Shown in pieces: positions 15,752 to 25,846 of a stretch of 64,000 nucleotides of DNA; the first letter of the stretch is position 1; every line of letters starts with the position of its first letter. Both the position numbers and the translations under genes were made by a program. The notes under the pieces were generated by a model. That model was not told the origin of the DNA. It saw only the letters and a list, made by a program, of their open reading frames with translations, and did no database searches. The stretch comes from an uncultured Chloroflexota bacterium (GTDB taxonomy: Bacteria > Chloroflexota > Chloroflexia > Chloroflexales > Chloroflexaceae), in the NCBI GenBank assembly GCA_937120965.1, contig CAKZKA010000267.1:1556-65555 (forward strand), in the 5' to 3' direction.

Positions 15752-16987
15752 CTACAACAATAACGACACCGTATAGATCACCAACCCTGCCAGCCCTCCC
15801 ACCACGGTACCGTTGATGCGAATGAACTGTAAATCGCGCCCGATAGCCAGCTCGACCTTGCGCGTCACCTCGGCGGTCTCCCAGGAGCGGACGGTCTGGG
15901 TCACGAAATCGCCGGCCGCACGACCGTAGCGCCGCACCAGGTAGCGCATCAGTTCCTCCGTCCAGCCTTCGACCCGCGTGCGCCACTCCGGGTCGCGCTC
16001 GAGGACATCGCCGACGTGGCTGAGGCCCTGGGCAATCGAGAGGCGCAGCGACGAACCCGGCGTGGCGCTCTGGATCAGCAGGTTTGCCTTCACGTCCTGC
16101 CACAGGTTCCCTGCCACCTCACGCAGGCGCGGGTGCTTCAACAACTCCTGTTTGAACTCCTCACCCCGGGCGCGCACCTGCGGATCGTACTGAAGATTGA
16201 CGATCCACGAGTCCAGGGTCCTGGTGAACTGCTCGTAGAGCGGATGGTCGGGATCGTCACTCAGTTCGCTCAGGATCTTCCGGGCGCCATCGAGCAGCCG
16301 CTCGTAGATCTTCTGGTCCACGATACGTGGTACCCAGGGGGGCAATTCACCGGCAATGCGCTTGCGGATCATCTCCTGATTGGCCTCGATCCACTCCGTC
16401 AACACGCGCACCAGTTGCAGCAGCACGTCACGCTGGCGGTGCTCGGCAACCACGACGCCCAGGAGTTGCGCCACCAGCGCCGTGGCAGGCACGGCGCCCA
16501 GGCGCTCGCTGAGGGTGCGCTGGAGCAAGGTGCCGACCTCCTCATCGTTTGCGACCCGCAGCAAGCCGGCCAGACTCTCGGCGATCACATCAGCGGCCTG
16601 GGTGCTACGCCGCGGATCGCGCAACAACTGGGCAATGCGCCCGGCAACGTCCTGCTTGCGCAACCGATCGGCGATGCGGTCGGGATCAAGAAAATTGCGT
16701 TCGATAAAGCGCCCCAGGCTCTCGGCGATACGCTCGCGACGCCGGGGGATAATCGCCGTGTGGGGGATGGGTAGCCCGAGGGGATGGCGGAACAGCGCCG
16801 TTACGGCGAACCAGTCCGCCAGGGCGCCGATCATCGCCGCCTCGGAAAAGGCGTGCACAAACCCCACCCACGGCCCCAGATCGCGGTACAGGGTCGCGAT
16901 CACGAAGATGATGGTCACCAGCACCAGAAGGCCCGTCGCCAGGCGCTGCATGCGCCGCAGCTCTGCGGCGCGTTGAAGGTCGTCCAT
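15752..16987 (-). CDS. DUF445-family membrane protein
   Basis: AMIGALADWFAVTALFRHPLGLPIPHTAIIPRRRERI is the signature region of DUF445 (YjiN-like) proteins. It has N- and C-terminal TM helices. Confidence 0.7.
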   Translation of the reverse strand: MDDLQRAAELRRMQRLATGLLVLVTIIFVIATLYRDLGPWVGFVHAFSEAAMIGALADWFAVTALFRHPLGLPIPHTAIIPRRRERIAESLGRFIERNFLDPDRIADRLRKQDVAGRIAQLLRDPRRSTQAADVIAESLAGLLRVANDEEVGTLLQRTLSERLGAVPATALVAQLLGVVVAEHRQRDVLLQLVRVLTEWIEANQEMIRKRIAGELPPWVPRIVDQKIYERLLDGARKILSELSDDPDHPLYEQFTRTLDSWIVNLQYDPQVRARGEEFKQELLKHPRLREVAGNLWQDVKANLLIQSATPGSSLRLSIAQGLSHVGDVLERDPEWRTRVEGWTEELMRYLVRRYGRAAGDFVTQTVRSWETAEVTRKVELAIGRDLQFIRINGTVVGGLAGLVIYTVSLLL

Positions 16988-17099
16988 ATGTGGTACTCAT
17001 GCGGCTTCGCCGCACACTACGAGAAGGTACGCGGTTTTTTCCCGGGAGGACTGCGCCTGCCCAGAGCCCTCTGCCCGACAGCCTCCAGCGATTATACCG

Positions 17100-17165
17100 C
17101 TTCTCCACTCCTCACAGGCGGGGGAATGGAGAAACCCGGTTTCCCCATAGGTTCACTTCCGAGCC
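17100..17165 (-). repeat. Palindrome (1 mismatch) and terminal motif
   Basis: GGAGAAACCCGGTTTCCCC (17128-17146), then ATAGGTTCACTTCC. Confidence 0.7.
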
Positions 17166-17183
17166 GCGACGCTGGATGATTGA

Positions 17184-17285
17184 TACCATTTCAGATTGTA
17201 GATTTTGGATTGCAGATTGTCGCGCAAGGCGTCCAGGTACGCTTTGACGCAACGCTGCTTGCGGAGTGTTCAAGTGAAATTGGTA
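17184..17285 (+). mobile_element. 102-bp MITE, subfamily B, flanked by a TGA/TGA duplication
   Basis: Ends TACCATTT...AAATTGGTA. TSD TGA at 17181-17183 and 17286-17288. Confidence 0.8.
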
Positions 17286-17451
17286 TGACGCCTCTGCGTC
17301 TCCACAGCGTGCCTGACCGTATTGTCATCTACCGCGAGCCAGCGGCCCAACACGTTCCTGCGCTCAACATGGCTCAGCCCGGCGCACCGTGAGCGGGCCA
17401 GACAGGCGGAGTCCAGTGATGCCAGATTATCATATCGTTATCTGATACAAC

Positions 17452-17480
17452 TTCGCATGCGCAAAAGCTCTAGCTATAAT
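17452..17480 (+). promoter_or_regulatory. Sigma70-like promoter candidate (TTCGCA-17-TATAAT) for the FG-GAP gene
   Basis: -35 at 17452-17457, 17-nt spacer, perfect TATAAT at 17475-17480. It lies 65 nt upstream of the GTG start. Confidence 0.45.
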
Positions 17481-17544
17481 AGCCGCAGTTTTCCCGTGCA
17501 GCCTGGTTCCGTTGGTTTGCTCCGGTTCGCCAAGGAGGAACCCG

Positions 17545-18239
17545 GTGTTTATCGCCCTATCACGCGTGGCGCCGACACACCCCGGTTTCGGCCTGCGACG
17601 CCTGGCCCTGGTCATGCTCCTGACCCTGTCGTTGCTGCCCCTGCTGACCGTCGCCCTCTTCAGGCCAACGCCTGTCCTCCGCCCGCGACCCTCGGGGAAC
17701 GGCGCGCCGATGGCGCCTGCGTCTACAAGGCCAGCAACGCCCAGGCAGAGGATCTCTTCGGCACTTCCACCGCCGTCTCCGGCGATACCGTTGTCGTTGG
17801 CGCGCCCTACGAGGACGGTAGCGGCCCCATGCCGAACGAAAACGCCACCAACGCTGGCGCCGCCTACGTGTTCCTCAGCGACGACATCGCGCCCAGCGTG
17901 ACGGTCGAGCAGGCCGCGGGGCAACCCGACCCGGCCAGCGCCGGCCCCATCCTGTTCACCGCTACCTTCAGTGAGCCGATCAATCCCAGCACCTTCACCG
18001 CCACTGACGTGGCCCTTGGCGGCACGGCGGGCGGGACGCTCAGCGCCAGCCTCACCCCGGTAAACGCCACCACCTTCACCATCGCCGTCAGCGGCATGCG
18101 TAGCGCCGGAACGGTCACGGCCAGCATCCCCGCCGGGGCCGTCACCGACCCGCTGGGCAATCCCAACCTCGCCTCCACCAGCGCCGACAACAGCGTGACG
18201 TTTGAGTACCGGGTACTACTACCGCTGATCGTGAGGTAG
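17545..18239 (+). pseudogene. Secreted FG-GAP/Ig-like repeat protein interrupted by a 1-nt frameshift near 17660
   Basis: AAGGAGG is followed 5 nt later by GTG at 17545. This opens a classic signal peptide (MFIALSRVAPTHPGFGLRRLALVMLLTLSLLPLLTVALF) in the frame of ORF 17512..17901. The FG-GAP-like body (DLFGTSTAVSGDTVVVGAPYEDG...GAAYVF) is in the frame of ORF 17322..18239. Adding 1 nt at about 17660 would join them as ...TVALFQANACPPP. Confidence 0.6.
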
Positions 18240-18278
18240 ACAGCGTGGAGCCGCAGCCCGCCCGGCGCCGTCCACAGT

Positions 18279-18325
18279 GGGAGGGTCTGGGAGGGCTTCG
18301 CCCTCCCAGGAAAAAACCCATCAGC
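18279..18325 (+). repeat. Single H unit
   Basis: GGGAGGGTCTGGGAGGGCTTCGCCCTCCCAGGAAAAAACCC. Confidence 0.75.
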
Positions 18326-18356
18326 TACCACTGCTTCATGGTAAAATAACTACTGT

Positions 18357-19568
18357 ATGGCACCCATGTTCTCCATCCTCGCCCGCGACCCGGCCTCGCG
18401 GGCCCGCGCCGGTCTGCTGCGGACAGCGCACGGCGATGTTGCCACGCCGGTGTTCATGCCGGTGGGCACCCGGGGCAGCGTCAAGGCCCTCACCCCCGAT
18501 GAACTCCGCGCCCACGGCGCGCAGATCATCCTTGGCAACACCTACCATCTCTACCTGCAACCCGGCCACGAACTGATCGCCCGGCAGGGCGGCCTGCACC
18601 GCTTCACCGGTTGGAGCGGCCCTATTCTGACCGACAGCGGCGGTTTCCAGGTCTTCTCGCTCATCCACGGCGGGATCGCCGACGAAATCAAGGGCCGTCG
18701 TCCCCAGCAGCCCGGGCGCCTCAGCGACATGGTGAAGGTGACCGAAGACGCGGTAGTGTTCAAGAGCTACCTGGACGGCTCGCGCCACATCTTCACGCCG
18801 GAGCGCAGCATCGAGGTGCAGCACCACCTGGGCGCCGACATCATCCTCTGTTTCGATGAACTACCGCCCTACCACGCTGGCTACGACTACACGCGCGAGA
18901 GCATGCACCGCTCGCACCGCTGGGCGGCTCGCTGCCTCGAAGCCCACCGCGAGCGCGATCCTGAGACGCTGCCCACGCCCGACCAGCGCCTCTTCGGCAT
19001 CGTTCACGGGGGCGTCTTTCCCGACCTGCGCCGGGCCAGCGCCGAAACCATCGGCGGTATGGGCTTTGACGGGCTGTGCATCGGGGGGTCACTTGGCGCA
19101 AACAAAGCGCAGATGTACGACGTGGTCGAGATGACGGTGCCGCACCTGCCCGACGGGCTGGCGCGGCACCTGCTGGGGGTCGGTGATGTGGACGATCTGA
19201 TCGAGGGCGTGGCCCGCGGCATTGATATGTTCGACTGCGTAAGCCCGACCCGCCTGGGCCGCCACGGCACGGCCCTGGTGCGTGACCCGGAGCGGCGCTG
19301 GAAGCTAAACCTGCAAAATGCGTCACTCCGCGAAGACGACAGCCCCTTGCAGCCAGGCTGCGGCTGCACCGCCTGCCAGAGCTTCTCGCGGGCCTACCTC
19401 CACCACCTCTACCGGGCAAAAGAGCTGCTGGGCATCCGCCTGGTCAGCCTGCACAACGTGGCCTTCTTGCTCACCCTTATGGCCGACATCCGCGCCGCCA
19501 TTGTCGAGGGCCGCTTCGCGGCGCTGTACGAAGCCTGGCTGGGCAAACCCCTCCCTGACCTGCGCTGA
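18357..19568 (+). CDS. tgt: Queuine tRNA-ribosyltransferase (tRNA-guanine transglycosylase)
   Basis: ATPVFMPVGTRGSVKALTPDEL, ILGNTYHLYL, TDSGGFQVFSL and the CxCxxC zinc motif (CGCTAC). Confidence 0.9.
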   Translation: MAPMFSILARDPASRARAGLLRTAHGDVATPVFMPVGTRGSVKALTPDELRAHGAQIILGNTYHLYLQPGHELIARQGGLHRFTGWSGPILTDSGGFQVFSLIHGGIADEIKGRRPQQPGRLSDMVKVTEDAVVFKSYLDGSRHIFTPERSIEVQHHLGADIILCFDELPPYHAGYDYTRESMHRSHRWAARCLEAHRERDPETLPTPDQRLFGIVHGGVFPDLRRASAETIGGMGFDGLCIGGSLGANKAQMYDVVEMTVPHLPDGLARHLLGVGDVDDLIEGVARGIDMFDCVSPTRLGRHGTALVRDPERRWKLNLQNASLREDDSPLQPGCGCTACQSFSRAYLHHLYRAKELLGIRLVSLHNVAFLLTLMADIRAAIVEGRFAALYEAWLGKPLPDLR

Positions 19569-19613
19569 GGTCGCCCGAGAGGGAATGCCCGGCCCGCACC
19601 GCGCGGCGTCGCA

Positions 19614-21449
19614 TCAGTGGGCGGCCTGTTCCACCACATCACGCTCCTCGACGTAGCGGAAGATATCCGTCTCGCTAATGATCCCTACCGGCACGCCATC
19701 GCGCACCACCACGACGCGGCGAATGTTCTTTTCCAGCATCAGGGCGGCACACTCGGCAAGGGTCTTCTCCGGCGAAATGGTGATCAGCGGCCGTGTGGCA
19801 ATCTGATCGACCGTCATCCCGTTGACGCGCACATCGTCGCGGACGACCTTCTTGAGCACGTCGCGCATCGTCATGATACCCCAGCCCTTGCCGTCGCTCG
19901 GCTCGACCACCACCGAGGTGATACCCCGGGAGCGCATCAGGTGGGTAGTATCGCTGAGCGGCGCATTCCCCGCCACCGAGACCACATTGCGGGTCATCAG
20001 CGCGCCGACCGTGGCGCGCGGGAAGGTTTCGTGCTCGACCGGGCGTACCAGATCGGGGCTGACGATATCGTGGCCGATGCGGTGCTCATCGCCGATGACC
20101 CGATCCATATTGGCGATCATGGCATCGGCGAACTCGGAGGTGCGCACCTCGCGCGCGCCCTCCATGAGGCGGGCGAAGTCGTAGGTCACCACCTTCTGCT
20201 GGATGGTGCGTTCCAGGGCCGCGACGATCAGATCGGCGGCTTCGATCCAGCCCATGTAGCGCAGCATCATATCCCCCGAGAGAATCACCGAGCCGGGGTT
20301 GACCTTGTCGAGATTGGCATATTTGGGGGCGGTGCCGTGGGTGGCCTCGAAAATGGCGTGCCCGGTGACGTAGTTGATGTTGCCTCCAGGGGCAATGCCA
20401 ATGCCGCCGACCTGGGCCGCCAGGGCATCGGAGAGGTAATCGCCATTGAGGTTTGGCGTAGCGATAACGTCGAACTCATCGGGGCGCGTGAGCACCTGCT
20501 GGAGGGTAATGTCGGCGATGGCGTCCTTGATCAGGATGCGCCCGGCCTTGAGGGCCTCGGACTGCTCGGCATTGGCCGCAGCCTCGCCCTGCACCGCCCG
20601 GGTGCGCTCCCACTGCGACCAGGTATACACATAGTCGCCAAAGGCCCGTTCGGCGTACTCGTAGCCCCAATCGCGGAAGGCCCCTTCGCTGAACTTCTGA
20701 ATGTTGCCCTTGTGCACCAGGGTCACACTCTTGCGCTTGAACTGTATCGCGTACTGAATGGCAGCGCCGACCAGGCGCTCGGTGCCGATGCGGCTGATCG
20801 GCTTGATACCCACGCCAACTTCGACCTTGCCCTCGGGACTGGCGCCTAGCATTTGCAGGAAGGCATCGGTCTTTTCGGCGGTGCCAAAGCGGATCTTCTC
20901 GAAATCCTTCGGGAACGTGACCCGCAGGAACTCCAGAACCTTCTGCGCTTCGGGCGTACCGGCGCGATACTCGATCCCCGCGTAGAGATCCTCCGTATTC
21001 TCGCGGAAGATCACCATATCCACCTTCTCGGGGTGCTTGACCGGCGACGGCACGCCGCGGAAGTGACGCACCGGGCGCAGACAGACGTAGAGATCGAGGA
21101 GCTGGCGAAGCGCCACGTTGAGAGAGCGAATACCCCCACCGACGGGCGTCGTCAACGGCCCTTTGATACCCACCAGATACCGCTGGAACGCCTCGACCGT
21201 CTCGTCGGGAAGCCAGTTGCCGGTCTCACGGAAGGCCTTTTCGCCGGCCAGCACCTCGTGCCAGACGATCTTCCGTTTTCCGCCGTAGGCTTTCTCAACC
21301 GCCGCGTCGAAGACGCGCACGCTCGCGCGCCAGATATCCGGACCAGTGCCGTCGCCCTCCACGAAGGGGATGATCGGACGGTCAGGAACGACCAGCTTGC
21401 CGTCCTTGATTGAAATGATCTCGCCTTCAGGGGCCGTGCGCGTTGCCAT
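19614..21449 (-). CDS. icd: NADP-isocitrate dehydrogenase fused to a C-terminal CBS-pair domain (611 aa)
   Basis: ATG at 21449 after [41 protein letters not shown] and [10 protein letters not shown] are prokaryotic ICD motifs. The ICD part ends at ...FADAMIANM. It is followed by 163 aa containing two CBS motifs (19617-20105). Confidence 0.85.
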   Translation of the reverse strand: MATRTAPEGEIISIKDGKLVVPDRPIIPFVEGDGTGPDIWRASVRVFDAAVEKAYGGKRKIVWHEVLAGEKAFRETGNWLPDETVEAFQRYLVGIKGPLTTPVGGGIRSLNVALRQLLDLYVCLRPVRHFRGVPSPVKHPEKVDMVIFRENTEDLYAGIEYRAGTPEAQKVLEFLRVTFPKDFEKIRFGTAEKTDAFLQMLGASPEGKVEVGVGIKPISRIGTERLVGAAIQYAIQFKRKSVTLVHKGNIQKFSEGAFRDWGYEYAERAFGDYVYTWSQWERTRAVQGEAAANAEQSEALKAGRILIKDAIADITLQQVLTRPDEFDVIATPNLNGDYLSDALAAQVGGIGIAPGGNINYVTGHAIFEATHGTAPKYANLDKVNPGSVILSGDMMLRYMGWIEAADLIVAALERTIQQKVVTYDFARLMEGAREVRTSEFADAMIANMDRVIGDEHRIGHDIVSPDLVRPVEHETFPRATVGALMTRNVVSVAGNAPLSDTTHLMRSRGITSVVVEPSDGKGWGIMTMRDVLKKVVRDDVRVNGMTVDQIATRPLITISPEKTLAECAALMLEKNIRRVVVVRDGVPVGIISETDIFRYVEERDVVEQAAH

Positions 21450-21947
21450 CCTCGTATCTTCCTCCCGGATAGTCTTGTGCCAGGCCGCCCCGCACGCCGT
21501 TCGGAGCGCCGGGCGATGCCCGTGCGACACGGAACGCTGCATTGCGAACACAGGGGGTGGCCGGGCATTATTATAGCTTAGAACTGCCGGTTGTGCAGCA
21601 ATGAGGCGTAAAACCCGCGAGGCCCGCGCCGTATCAGGGGTAACCACGCAGGGCCGGGAGCGAGGGCGGCCTGCCCTCGCTTCGGAGCGCAGGGTGAACA
21701 CAGGCGGCGGCGCCCTTGCGGCAGCTTCCTGTTCGTCTTGATCGTGGGTGGCGCCGCCGCGTGGGCAGATGATACAATATAATTCCAGCACAGTGAAAAG
21801 TCTTTGCACAGGTCACGCACGACATTTTGCCCCATAGACAGGTGTGACGGGGAGGGAATTGCCCCTCGAATGCTTGATCTTTGCTTCACGATGATCGCAC
21901 AGGGAAAGTAAACTCATTGCAAATTAATTGTCCATCCATCGTGCGGA

Positions 21948-21975
21948 TTGACACAAGTTTAAAGATGCGTATAAT
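21948..21975 (+). promoter_or_regulatory. Sigma70-like promoter candidate for the nuo operon (TTGACA-16-TATAAT)
   Basis: Consensus hexamers at 21948-21953 and 21970-21975, in the only AT-rich stretch upstream of nuoA. Confidence 0.5.
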
Positions 21976-22133
21976 TCCTTATAGCACCTGATCTGATCAC
22001 CTGCTCGCACCACCGTTTGCCGACGCCATCAGGTCGTCGCTTCCACCCGGAATTACGAGCAACCCGTGCGCCGCCGCACCGACGCGATGCACCGCCGCCG
22101 TAGCGTCACGGCGCCCGCCTGCTGGAGGGAGCC

Positions 22134-22490
22134 ATGCTCGGTTCGTTTGCGCCCATCCTGATCCTCTTCCTGATCGCCGTCTTTATCGCGGTGTTCGTGA
22201 TCACCGTCTCCTCGCTCCTGGGGCCCAGGCGCAGCAGCCCGCGCAAGCTGGCGCCCTACGAGTCGGGCATGGAGCCAATCGGCCCCGCCATCCGGCGCAT
22301 TCCGGTAAAGTTCTACGTCGTGGCGATGCTGTTTATCGTCTTCGACATTGAAGTAGTCTTCTTCTACCCCTACGCCCTGGTCTTCCGGCAACTTGCCGTG
22401 CCGGGCCTGATCGCCATCGGCGTCTTCTTCCTGGTGCTCGTCGTCGGGTTCGTCTATGAATGGAGGAAAGGGGCCCTGACATGGGAATAG
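22134..22490 (+). CDS. nuoA: NADH-quinone oxidoreductase subunit A
   Basis: 118 aa, three TM helices, [11 protein letters not shown] and [10 protein letters not shown] motifs. Confidence 0.9.
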   Translation: MLGSFAPILILFLIAVFIAVFVITVSSLLGPRRSSPRKLAPYESGMEPIGPAIRRIPVKFYVVAMLFIVFDIEVVFFYPYALVFRQLAVPGLIAIGVFFLVLVVGFVYEWRKGALTWE

Positions 22491-23017
22491 AGGAAAAGGC
22501 CGGTGATCTGGGGGTGATCACGACCTCCCTTGAATATGTCGTCAACTGGGGCCGCACCAACGCGATGTGGCCGCTCCTCTTCGGCCTGGCCTGCTGCGCC
22601 ATCGAGATGATGGGCGCGCAGAGCGCCAACTATGACCTGTCGCGCTTCGGGATGGAGATCAACCGCGCATCGCCCCGCCAGGCCGACCTGATGATCGTCG
22701 CCGGGCGCGTCAGCCGCAAGATGGCCCCGGTTGTGCGCCGACTTTATGACCAGATGAGCGACCCGAAGTGGGTGATCGCGATGGGCGATTGTGCCGCCTG
22801 CGGGGGGATCTTTAATAACTATGCCATTGTGCAGGGGGTGGATGAGGTCGTGCCGGTGGATGTCTATGTTGCCGGCTGCCCGCCCCGCCCCGAGGCGTTG
22901 ATTCACGGTATCATGCTTCTGCACGAGAAGGTTAAGCGCGAGAAGATCAGCGGCAAAAAAGAGGACCCGATCCGCCTCAGTCAGCCGCTGATCCAGGTTG
23001 ATGTGGCCAGGAAGTAG
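22481..23017 (+). CDS. nuoB: NADH-quinone oxidoreductase subunit B
   Basis: [19 protein letters not shown] and GCPPRPE are the cluster N2 cysteine motifs. The ATG at 22481 overlaps the end of nuoA; an alternative ATG is at 22460. Confidence 0.9.
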   Translation: MGIEEKAGDLGVITTSLEYVVNWGRTNAMWPLLFGLACCAIEMMGAQSANYDLSRFGMEINRASPRQADLMIVAGRVSRKMAPVVRRLYDQMSDPKWVIAMGDCAACGGIFNNYAIVQGVDEVVPVDVYVAGCPPRPEALIHGIMLLHEKVKREKISGKKEDPIRLSQPLIQVDVARK

Positions 23018-23174
23018 CCCTTCCATCGCTCCCGGCTGGTCACGACAATCTCACGAGCCAGCGTCTGCGCCGACGTTTGCCGAGCCGCCCGCTGCTCATC
23101 CGCAAGCTGCCAGCGAACACCGAAGTGACGTTTCCGCGGCAGCGCGCCAGCGTCACAGGATACAGGTCTTGCGT

Positions 23175-23693
23175 ATGGATAACCAGACCCTGCTCAACCG
23201 CATCACCTCCCGCTTCCCCGATGCCATCGTCGAGTCGACGGAGTTTCGCGGCGACCTGAGCCTCAGCGTGCGCCCTGAACACTACCTGGCCCTGGCGCAG
23301 TTCCTGCGCGATGATCCGGCGCTGCGCTATACGTTCCTCGAAAACCTCTGCGGCGTGGATTACCTGGGGCGCACGCCGCGCTTTGAAGTCGTGGTCCACC
23401 TGGTGAGCATGCAGCACCTGCACCGCGTCTGTCTGAAAGTTGGCGCGCCCGAGGAGCATCCGCACGTTCCCTCGCTCACCCCCCTCTTTGCCACCGCCAA
23501 CTACCAGGAGCGCGAAGCCTACGACCTGCTCGGCATCGTTTTCGACGGGCATCCTTCGCTGACCCGCATCCTGATGCCCGATGATTGGCTCGGCCATCCG
23601 CAGCGCAAGGATCACCCCCTGGTCGAGGAAGAAATCGCCTTTACCTTCAATCAAGAGCAGATCTACGCCCATAAGCCGTTCGCCAAGCAATGA
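23175..23693 (+). CDS. nuoC: NADH-quinone oxidoreductase subunit C
   Basis: MDNQTLLNRITSRFPDAIV..., ANYQEREAYDLLGIVFDGHP motif. The upstream in-frame stretch is low-complexity and not taken as coding. Confidence 0.85.
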   Translation: MDNQTLLNRITSRFPDAIVESTEFRGDLSLSVRPEHYLALAQFLRDDPALRYTFLENLCGVDYLGRTPRFEVVVHLVSMQHLHRVCLKVGAPEEHPHVPSLTPLFATANYQEREAYDLLGIVFDGHPSLTRILMPDDWLGHPQRKDHPLVEEEIAFTFNQEQIYAHKPFAKQ

Positions 23694-23741
23694 TGCGTTG
23701 CGCCCCCGCCCGGGGCGGGGCGCGTGCGCCGAGATACGCCC

Positions 23742-24977
23742 ATGACGAATACCCTCCACGTGCCCACCCCGCAGGAGATTACCGAACCAGCCCTCGCCGG
23801 CAAGACCGAGACGATGGTGCTCAATATGGGGCCGCACCACCCCAGTACCCACGGGGTGCTGCGCCTGGTTGTGGAACTCGACGGCGAGGTGGTGGTGAAT
23901 GTCGCGCCCGATGTCGGCTACCTCCATACCGGCATCGAGAAGACGATGGAGAGCAAGACCTACCAGAAAGCGGTGGTGCTCACCGACCGCATGGATTACC
24001 TGGCGCCGCTCTCGAACAATCTCTGCTACGCCCTCGCCGTAGAAAAACTGCTGGGCGTCGAGATCCCCGAACGGGTGCAGGTGATCCGGGTGTTGCTGGT
24101 CGAGTTGCAGCGCATCGCCTCGCACCTGGTCTGGCTCGGCACCCATGCCCTCGACCTGGCGGCGATGAGTGTGTTCCTATACGCCTTCCGCGAACGTGAG
24201 CAGATCCTCGATATCTTCGAGCTGGTGTCTGGCGCGCGCATGATGACCAGTTATATCCGCGTGGGCGGGCTGGCCTACGATGTGCCGGCGGAGTTTTTGC
24301 CCACCGTTGATGCGTTGCTGCGGATCATGCCCGAGCGCATCGATGAGTACGAGTCCCTGCTCACCGGCAATCCCCTCTGGCTCGAGCGCACCGTCGGCGT
24401 CGGGGTGATTGACGCCGAATCAGCTATCGCCTACGGCCTCACCGGGGCCAACCTGCGCGCCACCGGCGTGCCCTACGATGTGCGGAAGGCTATGCCCTAC
24501 AGCGGCTACGAAACCTACGATTTCGAGATCCCGGTGGGGAAGAATGGCGACAATTACGACCGCTACCGGGTGCGGATGGCCGAGATGCGCCAGAGCGTGA
24601 AGATCGCCCGGCAGGCCTGGGAGCGCCTCAGCGCCCTTGGCCCCGGCCCCTACACTACCCTCGATCGCAAGGTCGCTCCCCCGCCCAAGAGCGAGATCAC
24701 CCACAGCATGGAGGCGCTGATCCACCACTTTAAGCTGTGGACCGAGGGCTTCAAGCCGCCCCGTGGCGATGCCTATGTCAGCATCGAGAGTCCCCGCGGT
24801 ATTCTGGGGTGCTACGTGGTCAGCGACGGTAGCCCTAAACCCTGGCGCGTCCACTTCCGCGCCCCTTCCTTTATCAACCTCCAGGCGCTCGCGCACATGG
24901 CCAGGGGGCGCCTCGTCGCCGACCTCGTTGCGCTGATTGCCAGTCTCGATCCGGTGTTGGGTGAAGTGGATCGGTGA
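23742..24977 (+). CDS. nuoD: NADH-quinone oxidoreductase subunit D
   Basis: MVLNMGPHHPSTHGVLRLVVELDGE, GYLHTGIEK and a C-terminal LGEVDR. Confidence 0.9.
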   Translation: MTNTLHVPTPQEITEPALAGKTETMVLNMGPHHPSTHGVLRLVVELDGEVVVNVAPDVGYLHTGIEKTMESKTYQKAVVLTDRMDYLAPLSNNLCYALAVEKLLGVEIPERVQVIRVLLVELQRIASHLVWLGTHALDLAAMSVFLYAFREREQILDIFELVSGARMMTSYIRVGGLAYDVPAEFLPTVDALLRIMPERIDEYESLLTGNPLWLERTVGVGVIDAESAIAYGLTGANLRATGVPYDVRKAMPYSGYETYDFEIPVGKNGDNYDRYRVRMAEMRQSVKIARQAWERLSALGPGPYTTLDRKVAPPPKSEITHSMEALIHHFKLWTEGFKPPRGDAYVSIESPRGILGCYVVSDGSPKPWRVHFRAPSFINLQALAHMARGRLVADLVALIASLDPVLGEVDR

Positions 24978-25046
24978 GGCCGCGATCCCCCGGGTCTTGT
25001 GAGCCTGTGGGGTCCGCGCCAGCGAACAGACTCCAGGTGAACTGTT

Positions 25047-25730
25047 ATGTTGCTTGAGACACACAGGGCCGAAATCGAGACCATTCTCTCACGCTACGAC
25101 TCGCGGCGCAGCGCGGTGCTGCCGCTGCTCTACCTGGCGCAAGACACCTACGGTTACCTGACGGAGGCGGCCATTCGCGAGGTTGCCGCCATCCTTGGCC
25201 TGCCGCCCACCGATGTCTTTGAAGTGGTTGGCTTCTACACTCTGTTCTACAACCGCCCCGTGGGCACGTGGGTGCTCCAGGTCTGCGACGATGTGCCCTG
25301 CTGTTACCTCGGCGCCGAGGAACTGATCAGTGCGCTCAAGCAGAGCCTGGGGATCGCCGAGGAGCAGACCACCAGTGACGGGATGTTCACCCTCCAGCGT
25401 GTCAAGTGCCTGGCCGCCTGTGACCGGGCGCCGGTGCTCCAGGCTAATCTCGATTATGTCTACGATGTGACGCCGGAGCGGGTCAACGCGCTGCTGACGA
25501 ACCTGCGCGCCCGCGCCGCCGAGGCCCGCCAGCGGGGCGTGAGCGGGCGCTTCGCCGAGGACTTCGAGTGGGGACCTGACGGCGCCCTGACCCTGATCGA
25601 CCGCGCCGCGCCCTACCGGCCCCGCCAGTTTCCCGCGGCAAGCCCGCCCGCCCCGCTAGAGCCGGAACCCGTGCCCGAAGCCGATGCTGGCCACGACCGG
25701 CCCACGGACCGCAAGGCGTCGCCGCTCTGA
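25047..25730 (+). CDS. nuoE: NADH-quinone oxidoreductase subunit E
   Basis: Thioredoxin-like 2Fe-2S subunit: VCDDVPCCYLGAEEL...KCLAACDRAP. It has a Pro/Ala-rich C-terminal tail. The stop TGA is embedded in the CTGAGGTGAAC repeat motif. Confidence 0.85.
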   Translation: MLLETHRAEIETILSRYDSRRSAVLPLLYLAQDTYGYLTEAAIREVAAILGLPPTDVFEVVGFYTLFYNRPVGTWVLQVCDDVPCCYLGAEELISALKQSLGIAEEQTTSDGMFTLQRVKCLAACDRAPVLQANLDYVYDVTPERVNALLTNLRARAAEARQRGVSGRFAEDFEWGPDGALTLIDRAAPYRPRQFPAASPPAPLEPEPVPEADAGHDRPTDRKASPL

Positions 25731-25815
25731 GGTGAACCTGTGGGGAAACCGGGTTTCCCCACGCCCCTCCCTGAGGGAAGGGTTTGGGAGGGCGCAGCCC
25801 TCCCCACAAACGACT
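25728..25815 (+). repeat. Terminal motif, perfect palindrome and H unit in the nuoE-nuoF spacer
   Basis: CTGAGGTGAACCTGT, GGGGAAACCGGGTTTCCCC (25742-25760), GGGAAGGGTTTGGGAGGGCGCAGCCCTCCCC. Confidence 0.85.
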
Positions 25816-25846
25816 GCCCATTACCCCTAGAAATGCGAGCAGTGCC

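Noticed and set aside
17655-17665. Programmed ribosomal frameshifting as the explanation for the split FG-GAP gene.
   Set aside because: There is no slippery heptamer, homopolymer or obvious downstream stimulator at the junction. A mutation or sequencing error is the simpler explanation.
22998-23174. An in-frame N-terminal extension of nuoC from the track ORF start.
   Set aside because: The extension is Pro/Ala/Ser-rich low complexity without NuoC similarity. The canonical NuoC N-terminus begins at the ATG at 23175.
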